A stretch of DNA of 64,000 bases from an uncultured Microthrixaceae bacterium. Lineage in GTDB: Bacteria > Actinomycetota > Acidimicrobiia > Acidimicrobiales > VFJN01. Positions within the stretch are counted from its first letter, which is position 1, and every line of letters starts with the position of its first letter. A program made the position numbers and the translations under genes. Positions 19,540 to 29,766 of this stretch are shown here, one piece after another. The stretch covers positions 192,762 through 256,761 of the forward strand of contig CAVRKU010000030.1 in assembly GCA_963721695.1 (NCBI GenBank), in the 5' to 3' direction. The notes under the pieces are model-generated. The model worked only from the letters and a program-made list of their open reading frames with translations, searched no databases and had not been told where the DNA came from.

Positions 19540-20939
19540 CTAGATCGGGTGGGTTGGTGGGCCGGACGCCCAGGAGCCGTCTGGCCGCTTGCAGTATGTG
19601 GCGCGGACGGCGCCGGCGGCGACCCGCTCGACGGCGTCGATGACCCGGTCCACGTCGCCGGTGTCGCTGTAGCCACCGAGGCTGATCCGCACCATCCCGT
19701 CGACTCCGCCGGTCGCCGCCGCGTCCAGCATCTCCGCCGGGCGGAGCGACAGCAGGTGGGCGACGTAGGGCTGGGCGCAGAAGCACCCGCTCCGCACGCC
19801 GATGCCGTGCTCGTGGCCGAGGACGGCGGCGACGTAGCCCGCCGGCCACCCGTCGAGCGGTGAACGGCACGACGCCGACCTTCCGCATGGCGGCGTCGTC
19901 GCCGGTCGGTCCGTGGATGGTGAGCCCCGGCACCCGGTCCAGCCGCGCCATGGCGTACCGGGTGAGCGCCTGCTCGTGGGCGGCGATCCGGTCGAGGCCG
20001 ATGGTCGCCAGCCGGCTCGCCGCCGCGGCCAGGGCCACGGCCCCGACGACGTTGGGGCTGCCGCCCTCCTCTCGATCGGGAAGGTCGGCCCACACCACGT
20101 CGTCGACGGTGACCGCCCGCACGGTGCCGCCGCCCGGCTGGTGGGGGTGGGGGACGAACCCGTCGCGCCGGCCGATCAGCGCACCGGTGCCGAGCGGGGC
20201 GTACATCTTGTGGCCTGACAGGGCGAGGAAGTCGAGGTGCCCGGGGTCGTCGTGGGGACGCATGTCGACGGGCCGGTGGGCGACGAGCTGGGCGGCGTCG
20301 ACCAGGATCCGTCCGCCAACTGCGTGCACCCGCTCGGCCAGGTCGTGCACCGGGGGGACCACGCCGGTCACGTTCGACGCCCCGGTGACGGCCAGCAGTC
20401 CGACCCGACCGGCGTGGAGGGCGAGCAACCGGTCGAGGTCGTCGAGGTCGAGTGACCCGTCGGGCAGGGCCCGCACGTGCACAACCCGGGTCCGGGCTCG
20501 CCACGGCAGGTCGTTCGAATGGTGCTCCAGCATCGTTGTCAGCACGATGTCGTCGGGCCCGAGATGGATCGACCCTGCCAGCAGGTTGATGGCGTCGGTC
20601 GTGTGCCGGCCGAACACGACGGTGTCCTGCTCGGGGTCGGCACCGACGAACGCCCCGACGAGCTCCCGGGCCCGCTCGTACGACGCGGTGCTGAACCGTG
20701 ACTTGGCGCCGGTGCCCCGGTGCACGCTCGAGTAGCTCGGCAGGAACTCGGTCGACCGCCTCCAGCACCGACCGCAGCGCCGGCGTGGTCGCGGCGTTGT
20801 CGACGTTGACGTACCTGACCGGCGGCCCGCCGATGACGGGGCTCAGCTCGTCGATGCCGATGACCTCATCGCGCCCGATCGCCGGGCCCGCCAGCGTCTG
20901 CTCGTCCGTGCCGCGGGTGATGGTCGACACGGCGTTCAC
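19540..20939 (-). pseudogene. class V aminotransferase-fold PLP enzyme (cysteine desulfurase-like), two frame breaks
   Basis: Three co-linear segments are present. The first is MNAVSTIT...VNVDNAATTPAL. The second is HRGTGAKS...LSGHKMYAPLGTGALIG (PLP lysine context). The third is GVRSGCFCAQPYVAHLL. Breaks lie near 20750 and 19860. The GTG start overlaps the upstream stop (GTGA). Confidence 0.8.
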
Positions 20940-21595
20940 CGCACCGCGACCGCAGACGGCGTGGCCACCGCGGCCCTCGGCGGGCGGAGGCCGACGGCCG
21001 GGGTGCGGCCGTAGCGCAGGCTCGCGTGCAACATCCGATCGCCGCCGTAGCGGGAGAGGCGCAGATCGATCGGCTCCACCACCGGGCCGTCGAGGGTGAG
21101 CAGTCGGTGGGCGACCGCCAGGTGGTCGTCGGCGAGCGGTCCGAGCCCGGTCCAGCCCCGCCGCACCGTGTCGGCGATGTCCTGCTCGACGCCCAGCTGC
21201 AGGTCGCGGAGGTTCGCGGCCGGCAGCCGCTGGGCGACGAGCGCGTCCAGGGCGGCGGCGGCGAGGTCCCCGTAGAACACCCAGTGCCCGCAGGCGCCAC
21301 GCCAGCGCGACCAGAGGGCGATCAACCCGGCGGTCGCCAGCCCGCCGATCGGCTCGACGGTGGCCTCGATGGACCGTGCCCCTGGAGCCGGCACCCGGTG
21401 GATGAAGCGCTGGGACCCGGTCATCCGGGCGTCGATGACGACGCCGAACACCCAGAGCGAGCCGAGGTCCTCTTCGGTGGCGTCCGCTGCATCAGCGAGG
21501 GGGTCGGACCAATCGAGGGTGAGGAGGGCCATGGCGGAACCATCCGGCACGGCCGTGAACGGGCTGCAAACCTGGTGGGTCTCAGGAGGCGCCAT
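20936..21595 (-). CDS. hypothetical protein, first gene of the aminotransferase-cyclase operon; start uncertain (21595 or 21532)
   Basis: The ORF has a balanced composition (LTLDWSDPLADAADATEEDLGSLWVFGVVIDARMTGSQRFIH...). Its stop overlaps the next gene's start. I recognise no family. Confidence 0.5.
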   Translation of the reverse strand: MAPPETHQVCSPFTAVPDGSAMALLTLDWSDPLADAADATEEDLGSLWVFGVVIDARMTGSQRFIHRVPAPGARSIEATVEPIGGLATAGLIALWSRWRGACGHWVFYGDLAAAALDALVAQRLPAANLRDLQLGVEQDIADTVRRGWTGLGPLADDHLAVAHRLLTLDGPVVEPIDLRLSRYGGDRMLHASLRYGRTPAVGLRPPRAAVATPSAVAVR

Positions 21596-24500
21596 GGCGA
21601 CGACGGAGCCCGCTGCGGCCACCGAGGGCGCGACGACGGCGTCGGAACCGCGCGCCCGCGTCGGGGTCGGCGCCGCCGAACGTCGCCGCACGCGGTCGTC
21701 CGCTCCGCCCTGCTCGACCGGCTCGAGGGCCGCTGGGACCACCCGGTCACGACCGTCGTGGCCGGTGCCGGCTTCGGCAAGTCGGTGCTGCTCGGCCAGG
21801 CCATGCGGGCGAACCGGGCCCGTCCGCGTGGCGTCGAGGCCTACGTGACCTGCCGGGCCGGCTGCGAGAGCGCCGAGCGGCTGGCGGCGTCCATCGAGGC
21901 CGCCTTCGGCGCCACCGACGGCGCCCGGGGCGACCCCGCTCGACCGGCTCTACGCCGTGTTCGCCGAGCAGGCGCCGCTGGACGTGTCGCTGCTCCTCGA
22001 CGACCTCGAGCTGCTGGCCGACGAAGCCGCCGGTGCTGCTCGGCGAGCTGCTGCGCCGGGCGCCGTCGAACCTCCACCTCGTGCTGTGCGGGCGCCGCCT
22101 GCCCGGCGCTGGGCCTGGCCCGCCTCCGGGCCGCCGACGACCTCGTCGAGGTCGGGGCCGATGACCTCCGCTTCGACGCCACCGAGGTCGCGGCCCTCAC
22201 GTCGAGCCTCGGCGCCGCGCCGCTGGAGGCGGACCTCGCCGGTTGGCCGGCGCTGGTCCGCCTCGCGCTCGTGGCCCCACGCCGCACGCGTCGACGACTT
22301 CGTGTGGGAGGAGGTCATCCGGTCGCTGGGCGACGATGACCGCACCGCGCTCCTCGCCCTCTGCCTGCTCGGCCCGTCGAGCATCCGGGACGTCGAGGCC
22401 GTGACCGGGCGCCCGGTCGACGCCGATGCGTTCTGCGACCGGGTGCCGCTGGTCCACCGGACCGGCGAGCTGCTGGTGGCCCACGACCTCTGGATCCCCT
22501 ACCTCGACGACCTCGGCGCCGGCCGAGGGGGCGGTCGCCACCGTCGGCCGGCGGGTCGTCGACGCCGTGGCGGCCCGGGGTGACGCCATCGCCACCGGCT
22601 CCGTCGCTCGCCGCCTCGGCGACCACCAGGCGCTGGCTCGAGCCGCGGTCGACCTGGTCCGCGCCACCATCGGCAGCCTCCCGCTCTCGATCGCGGACCC
22701 GTGGACGGCGGCCCTCCAGGCGGCCCCGGCCGACGGGGCGACCGCGGCCGAGGTCGCCCTCGCGGCGGAGCTGCTCGAGTGCGCCATCGCCAACGCCCGG
22801 TCGGCGGCCGAGCCCCCGGCGGACCGGCTCGACCGGCTCGCCGACGCCTTCCACGAGCGCGGCGACGGGGAGGGCGAAGCCGTCGCCCTCGCCATCGCCA
22901 CGCTGGCCTCCGAGGCCCGGGGCGATCTCGCCCACCTCGTCGGCCTCGCCGCCCGGGCCCGCAGCGCTCGCCGAGGGCCAGGACGAGCTGCGCCTCCAGC
23001 TGCTGGTCGCCAGCGTCGACGGTGCCGTCGCCGCCATGAGCGGCGACCTCGACACCGCCCTCGCCATCCTCGGGGAGCCGGTCGGCGGCCTCGCGCCCGG
23101 GCACCGGCCGGAGGCGATGGTCCGCCTGCACTGGCACTTCCTGATCCTCGCCGGCCGGGCCGGCGACGCCGCCGAGCTCACCGCGGCGGTCGACCCCGTG
23201 CCCGGGCTCGCGGTCCAGCGACGAGCTGCACGCCGTCGCCAGCTTCCTCGACGGGCGCCCGGCCCGGCTCGTCGCCGTCGGCGCCGACATCGGCCCCGGC
23301 CGGTACGAGCAGCTCAGCGAGCGGGACCGGTTCGACCAGGCCGCGTTCATCGCCGTCCTCGCCTCCGCCGGCCCCGACCCCGAACCGGTGCGTCGGGCCC
23401 TCACCGTGCTGGCGACCTCGCCGTTCGCCGCCGCGTCCGGCCCCGACGGTGCCCTCACCGCCGTCGCCCGCGCCTGCGGGGCCGTCGTCGAGCACGACGA
23501 TGCCGCGGCCGAGGCGATCATCACCGGCTTCGTCGAGCAGGCGGCGGGATCCGGAGGCGCCTTCGACCCGCTGACCGACGCCCACCTCCGGCGCAGCCTC
23601 GCCGTCCCCTACGCCTGCTCGCCCGCCTCCGGGCCCAGTGGGACGCCGCCGACCCTGGGTCCGTCGCACGAGCGGGCCCGTGCCGCCGCCCGCCTCCTCG
23701 TCGACGCCCGCGCCGGGAGGGTGCCCGCCGACGGCGACGGTCCCGCTCGACGCCATTGCCACCGCGCTGCCTCTGCGCGTGGTCGGTGGAGCTGGCGGCC
23801 CGAGCGGCGGCGGCGAAGGCGGCGTGGGGCACCGACCTCGCCGTCCGGCTCGTCGACCTGTTCCCCGACGGCGTGCTCCAGGAGATCACACGGCGGCTCG
23901 ACGACCCCGACGACGCGGTCCGCCGGGGCGACGGCCATCGTGCTCGCAGGCGATGCCGGCCCGGCCGCCGGCCACCGTCGCCATCCGGGTGCTCGGCCCG
24001 CTGGCGGTCCACCACGACGGCCTCCCGACCGACGCGCCCGAGATGCACCGCACCCGGGTGCGGGAGCTGCTCTGCCTCCTGGTGGTGGAGGGCACCGTCA
24101 GCCGCGACCGGGCGATCGATCTCCTGTGGCCCGACCTCGACCCGACCAAGGGCCGGGCCAACCTGCGGGTCACCCTGGGCCACCTGCAGCGGCTGCTCGA
24201 ACCGGGGCGGTCACAGGGCGGGGCGACCTACTTCGTGCGGGGCGACGTCCAGCAGCTCCAGCTCGCCGAGGTCCCCGGCCTCGAGGTCGACGCGTGGGCG
24301 GTCGAGGCCGCCCTCGCCGGCGCCGAGGCCGACCGGCGCCGCGGGGACGCCGCCGGCCGCATCGAGCACCTTCGCATCGCCGTCGCCCACTGGCGGGGGC
24401 GGCCCCTCGCCGACCTCGATCGGGTCAGTGAGCTCGACCACGTCGCCCGCGCCTTCGAAGCCCGGCTGGTCGAGGCGGCCGCTGACCCTGGGTGAGCTCG

Positions 24501-24794
24501 AGCTGGTCGGCGGCGCATCCGCCATCGCCGCCGCCCTCGCCGAACAGGTCCTGGCCGCCGACCCCTACCTCGAGCGGGCGCCACCGCCTGGCGATCGCCG
24601 CCCACCTGCAGGGCCGGGACCGGACGGGCACGGCGGCCGCTGTGGGCCGCCTCACCCGAGTCCTCGACGAGCTCGACGCCCACCCCGATCCCGCCACCCA
24701 GATCCTCCTGCGCAACGCCGCCCAGTGGCTCGGCCCGGTCGACCTGACCACCGACGTCGACGAGCCGGCATCCCACCTGACCTCGGGCCCCTGA
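21594..24794 (+). pseudogene. large regulator with N-terminal P-loop NTPase and C-terminal winged-helix plus BTAD (SARP-type) domains, about 14 frame breaks
   Basis: The ATG at 21594 has AGGAGG 5 nt upstream. The Walker A context is VTTVVAGAGFGKSVLLGQ. The C-terminal part reads VAIRVLGPLAVHHDGLP...RVRELLCLLVV...AIDLLWPD...ANLRVTLGHLQRLLEP...HWRGRPLADL. The homologous text hops between frames in the order 0,2,0,1,2,0,1,2,0,1,2,0,1,2,0. Confidence 0.7.
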
Positions 24795-24877
24795 CCATCG
24801 CTGGCCGCTCTGAGCAGTCCCTCTCAGACGCTCGTCGTCACGAGTTCAGTGCCCCCGCCGACCGGCAGCGGTGGGCT

Positions 24878-25183
24878 TCAGCCCACCCCGGGCGCTGCGT
24901 GGGCGAAGGACGGCCCGTCCTCGACGGTGAAGGCGACCTCGTCGATGTAGCACCACCACCAGTCCTCACCCGGCTCGTAGGACTGGATGATCGGGTGCTG
25001 CTCGGCGCGGAAGTGAGCCGTGGCGTGGCGGTTGGGTGAGCTGTCGCAGCAGCCGATGTGCCCGCACGACATGCACATGCGGAGGTGCACCCACCTACCT
25101 CCGATCCGAAGGCAGTCCTCGCACCCGTCGCCGCTGGGAGTGACGTCGGATGCCTGGTCGAGATGACCGCAGGAAGCACTCAC
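24878..25183 (-). CDS. UBP-type zinc-finger domain protein
   Basis: Motifs are CGHL...CEDCLRIGGRWVHLRMCMSCGHIGCCDSSPNRHATAHF...HPIIQSYEPGEDWWWCY. The GTG start overlaps the upstream stop (GTGA). Confidence 0.8.
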   Translation of the reverse strand: MSASCGHLDQASDVTPSGDGCEDCLRIGGRWVHLRMCMSCGHIGCCDSSPNRHATAHFRAEQHPIIQSYEPGEDWWWCYIDEVAFTVEDGPSFAHAAPGVG

Positions 25184-25421
25184 TGCTGGTACCCCTCGAC
25201 CACTCCCTCGGGTCGTACCTGTGCGTCGTCCGGGTCCTGTCCGCTCCGCGACGGGCACGGCGCTGGCGGAGCAGATCCCAGCACTGATCGAGCGACACCT
25301 CGATCGCTCGCAGGCGAGACAGCTCCTCGTCGGCGAGGCCGGTGCCCGCGTGCGTCCGCTCGAGGCGGTGTTCCTCGTCGGCGAGCTCGTTGATGTGGCG
25401 CACGATCTCCTGGTCATCCAT
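25180..25421 (-). pseudogene. DUF2630-like small protein, one frame break near 25242
   Basis: The sequence MDDQEIVRHINELADEEHRLE...LDQCWDLLRQRRARRGA is followed, after a net -1 shift, by GQDPDDAQVRPEGVVEGYQQ and a stop at 25180-25182. Confidence 0.7.
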
Positions 25422-25528
25422 GGTGAGCTCCCTCTCTTGGTCGTGGTCTCGTGCTCGCGAACCGTATTCCCACTCGGGTCATGAGAGCCTGGCGATGAGT
25501 TTCGGGCCGGGATGGAGTCTCAAGAACC

Positions 25529-26059
25529 ATGCAGACAGCAAACCTTGGTGAAGCCGATGGGCTGCCCACGATCGAGTGGGCCCTCGTCGAGGCACAGCTC
25601 GCCGACCTCCAGACGCACGACGACCCGCGCTCGCCGGACCGGCCGACGTTCTGGCTGACGACCCTGAACGCCGATGGAAGCCCGCACGTCACGAGTGTGG
25701 GGGCGCTCTGGCACGCGGGCTCGTGCTGGTTCCAGACCGGCGAACGCACCCGCAAGGCGAAGAACGTCGCACGCGACCCGCGCTGCACGATCAGCGTCGC
25801 CACGAAGGGCTTCGACGTGATGGTCTCCGGCGAAGCTCGACGCGTGACGGACCCGGCCATCGTGGCCGAGATCGCGGCGCTGTGGGCCAAGGGCGGATGG
25901 CCCGCGGAGCCTGACGAGTCGGGAGCCGGCATCACCGCCCCGTTCAACGCGCCGACGCTCGGACCGCCGCCGTGGTTCGTCTACGAGGTCAAGCCGAGCA
26001 CCGCGACCGCAGTCGGTACCGCCGAGGAGACGCCGGGTTCGACGCGTTGGCGGTTCTGA
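25529..26059 (+). CDS. pyridoxamine 5-prime-phosphate oxidase-like FMN-binding family protein
   Basis: The 176-aa protein contains TFWLTTLNADGSPHVTSVGALW...RKAKNVARDPRCTISV, which is typical of the split-barrel family. Confidence 0.7.
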   Translation: MQTANLGEADGLPTIEWALVEAQLADLQTHDDPRSPDRPTFWLTTLNADGSPHVTSVGALWHAGSCWFQTGERTRKAKNVARDPRCTISVATKGFDVMVSGEARRVTDPAIVAEIAALWAKGGWPAEPDESGAGITAPFNAPTLGPPPWFVYEVKPSTATAVGTAEETPGSTRWRF

Positions 26060-26115
26060 AGGTCGCGCGTGACGCTCGCCTCCTGACCGGATCGTCGTCC
26101 AGTACGGTCGCCGCC

Positions 26116-26919
26116 ATGGCACCGCAGCGAGCGCTCATCACCGGTTGTTCGACGGGGATCGGACGGGCCACGGCCGTCGACCTCCATGCACGCGGCTACG
26201 AGGTGATCGCCACGGCCCGGCGACTCGAGACGATCGAGGATCTCGAGGTGGCCGGCAGGATGGCCCTCGACGTCGACTCCGACGAATCGGTCGCGAACGT
26301 GGTGGCCGAGGCCGGACCGATCGATGTGCTCGTCAACAACGCCGGGTTCGGTGTCGAGGGCTCGATCGAGACCGTGCCGCTCGATGAGGTGCGGCGGATG
26401 TTCGAGACCAACGTCTTCGGGTCGGCCCGGATGATCCAGGCCTTCCTGCCCGGGATGCGGGAGCGCGGCACCGGCACCATCGTGAACGTCACCTCGACGG
26501 CGGCCATCGCCGCGCCGCCGCTGGGGGGCTACTACTCGGCCACCAAGTACGCCATGACGGCCATCTCAGAAGCGCTCAAGCTCGAGGCGGGCCACTTCGG
26601 CATCCGGGTGTTCGCGATCGAGCCCGGGGTGATCGAGACGAGCTTCGGCGCGAACGCCCTCGACCACCGCGCCGAACCCGGCCCGTACGAGGAGCTCGGC
26701 GTGCTGTGGACCAAGGCGCAGGAGATCCTCGGTGGAGGCCAGGCTGCCCCCGGACCGGAGCTCGTCGCCACCGCGATCGCCGCCGCGCTCGAGTCGGACG
26801 GCAGCCGGCTCCGCTGGCCCGTCGGACAGGACGCCGAGCTCGTCGCCGCCGCGCGCAACGGAACCGACTACGACGAGTTCGTGGCGGGCATGCGCACCGT
26901 CCTCAACCTGGACTGGTAG
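26116..26919 (+). CDS. short-chain dehydrogenase/reductase (SDR)
   Basis: Motifs are TGCSTGIGRA, NNAG, and the YSATKYA catalytic motif. The ATG is at 26116. Confidence 0.9.
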   Translation: MAPQRALITGCSTGIGRATAVDLHARGYEVIATARRLETIEDLEVAGRMALDVDSDESVANVVAEAGPIDVLVNNAGFGVEGSIETVPLDEVRRMFETNVFGSARMIQAFLPGMRERGTGTIVNVTSTAAIAAPPLGGYYSATKYAMTAISEALKLEAGHFGIRVFAIEPGVIETSFGANALDHRAEPGPYEELGVLWTKAQEILGGGQAAPGPELVATAIAAALESDGSRLRWPVGQDAELVAAARNGTDYDEFVAGMRTVLNLDW

Positions 26920-27012
26920 CGGCGAGGCGAGGAGCTCGGCGTCGCCGCTGAGCGTGCAGCGCTCGCCCTTGGGCTTGTCGGAGAACCCGAACCCAGGGAG
27001 GTCGAGCAGGGA

Positions 27013-29718
27013 GTGCGCGAGACTCGCTCGGTGGTCGAGCAGCCCTCGGGTGAGGTGTGCTTCTTGTTCACCGACGTGCAGGGCTCGACGCGGCTGTGGG
27101 CCGAGCACACGTCTGCGATGGAGGTCGCCCTTGCGCGACACGATGAGCTCCTGTGCGCCGCGATCGAGTCCGCGGGCGGGTATGTGTTCTCGACCGCTGG
27201 GGACGGTGTCGGAGCGGCCTTTCCAACGGCACATGCCGCGGTCGGGGCGGCGATTGCAGCTCAGACCGAGCTGCACCACGAGCCTTGGGGTGGGCTTCCC
27301 GACGGTCTCGACGTGCGCATGGGCCTGCACCTCGGAACCGCGCAAGAACGCGCGCGGAACTACTTCGGGCCCGTGGTGAACCTCGCGGCCCGCGTGATGT
27401 CGGCGGCGTGGGGAGGTCAGGTGCTCTGCACGACGGCGGTCGCGGACGCAGTCGACGTCACAACCGATCCACTCGGAGAGCATCGCCTTCGTGACGTGCC
27501 GGGCACGACGACCCTCCTCCAGGTCACCGTGCCCGGCCTTCGCAGCGACTTTCCGCACGTCCGCACGCTCGACGCGGCACCCTCGACGATCCCCGCCCAG
27601 CGCGCGACCTTCTTCGGTCGTCACGATGACATCGCGGCGGTGCGTCGCGTCCTGCTCGACCAACGCCTCGTCACGCTGACCGGCCCCGGGGGGGTGGGCA
27701 AGACACGGTTGGCGATCGAGGTTGCAGGGCGCGAACAGACGCGCCGGTCGGGCGGCGCGTTCTTCGTGGACCTCGCGTCGGTCGACGGCCGCGTGGACAT
27801 AGCGGCGTACGTTGCCGCCGCCTGTCAGGTGGAGCTGGATGCGAGTCAGCCGCCACTCGACCAGCTGATCGCGGCTCTCATCGGTCGCGAGTGCTTGATC
27901 GTCTTCGACAACTGCGAGCACGTGCTCGACGCAAGTGCCGAGGTCGTCGATGAGCTGCTCACGCGCTGCCCCGGTGTCTCAGTGGTGGCGACGAGTCGTG
28001 AGGTGCTCGGTCTCGCTGGTGAGCACGTGCACATCGTCGGATCGCTTGACCTGGACACCGGTTCGGAAGCGGGCGCGCTGTTCGTCGAACGGGCGGCAGC
28101 CGTAGCCGGTGGGAACTTCGAGGCCGACGATCCGCGCGTGTCGCTGCTGTGCACACGGCTGGACGGGATCCCGCTCGCGATCGAGCTGGCGGCGGCGCGC
28201 ACGCGCACGTTGCAGCTCGAGGAGATCATCGAGCGTCTGGAGCACGGATTCGACCTCCTCGCCGCGAACGCGGCGCGGGAGCCCTGATCGTCACCAGACG
28301 CTGCGCGCCACGATCGAGTGGAGCTACCGCTTGCTCGATGCCGATGAGCGAGCGCTGTTCGACCTGCTCGGCGTGTTCTCAGGGTCGTTCGACCTGGATG
28401 CGGTCGGGAACATCTCGGGGAAGGCGGACGTGGCTGATCTCGTCGAGGGCCTGGTTCTCAAGTCCATGGTGGTCACCGAGCCCGATGAGGGGACGACCCG
28501 GCGCTACCGGTTGCTCGATTCGCTCCGGGCCTTCGCGATGGAGCAGCTCGCCACGCGTCCTGAGGAGAACGAGCGTGCCCTCGACACCCATGCTCGGCAC
28601 TACCTCGCGCGTGTCGCAGGCTTGCCGCCGTCACGGTCGATGGCACGCGAGCTTCGTTCCGAGCTCGAACCCGATCTCGGCAACATCCTGGTCGCGAGTG
28701 ATCGCGCGGTCGCCGACGTGACGGAGCCGCTGGTGTTCCTGCTCACGAACATGGGGCTGTTCGACGAGGCGAGGCGCTCGTGTGACGCGGCGCTGGCGAG
28801 CGACATCGACGACCAGCGTCGTGGCCGGCTCCTTGTCGCGCGTGCGTACGTCGAGGCCACGCAGGACGGAACGAGCGACTTTCGACTGCGTGCCGCGGAT
28901 GCGCTCCGGTACCTGACGCCCGGCGACGGCGTGTGGTCGGCGGCGTTGGGCATGACCTCCGTGGTCGAGCAGATGTTCGCGCCCGACAGGGCAGTACCCG
29001 CGTTGCAGGAAGCGATCGCGAGCATCGACGACCAGGTGTCGGCAACGGCTGACCACGATCGGGCCGTGCTGGGCTTCTATCTCGGCGGCGCACTCATGAA
29101 CCAGCGGGCGTACGAGCTCGCCGCCGAGACCCAGCTGGAGGCGGCGCGGAGGCTCGAGGTCATCGAGCCGACGAGCCTCGTTCGCCTGTGGACTGGCGCC
29201 GGTGCCGCGATGAGCTTCACGATGCTCGGCCAGCTGGACGAGGCGTCGGCCGCGATCGACGAGGTGTCTGGTCTCGCGGGCTGGACGGACTGGAGTGCTG
29301 ACTGGTACTTCGCGCGTGCCGTGCTGCTCGCGGATCGAGGACAGATCGACGAGGGCGCGAGGCGTTGCGAGCGATCGGAGCACGCTTCGACAACGTCAGC
29401 TTGGCGCCGATGGTCAGCACGGTGGTTGCCGGGTTTGGCGTGCTGGCCTGCCTCGAGGGCCGTCACGGTCGAGCGACGGAGCTCTTCGATCTGCTCACCG
29501 CCACGCGAGCCGCCGCATCGACGGCGGTCATGTACGAAGCCATCGGTGACCTCGAGGGTTGGAGCGACGAGGAGTTCGCGAACCGACGGATCGAGCGGGT
29601 CCTCGGAGTCGTCCAGCAACACGGGACGATGGAACGGTCAGCGTTCTTCGCCGCCCTCGGCATCCGGCTGCGCGAGGAGCTGGGCGGTCTCGACCCGGCG
29701 GCGCCGCACGCTGGCTGA
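27013..29718 (+). pseudogene. class III adenylate cyclase - P-loop NTPase - TPR signalling protein (paralog of 16734-19401), two frame breaks
   Basis: Motifs are CFLFTDVQGSTRLWA, GDGVGAAF, NLAARVM, GPGGVGKTRL and DNCEHV. Breaks lie near 28275 (+1) and 29360 (-1). The C-terminal segment ends at 29718. Confidence 0.85.
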
Positions 29719-29766
29719 CGCCCCGCCGATACGCCTCAGCCGGCACAGGCGCTCCTCGAAGAGGCG

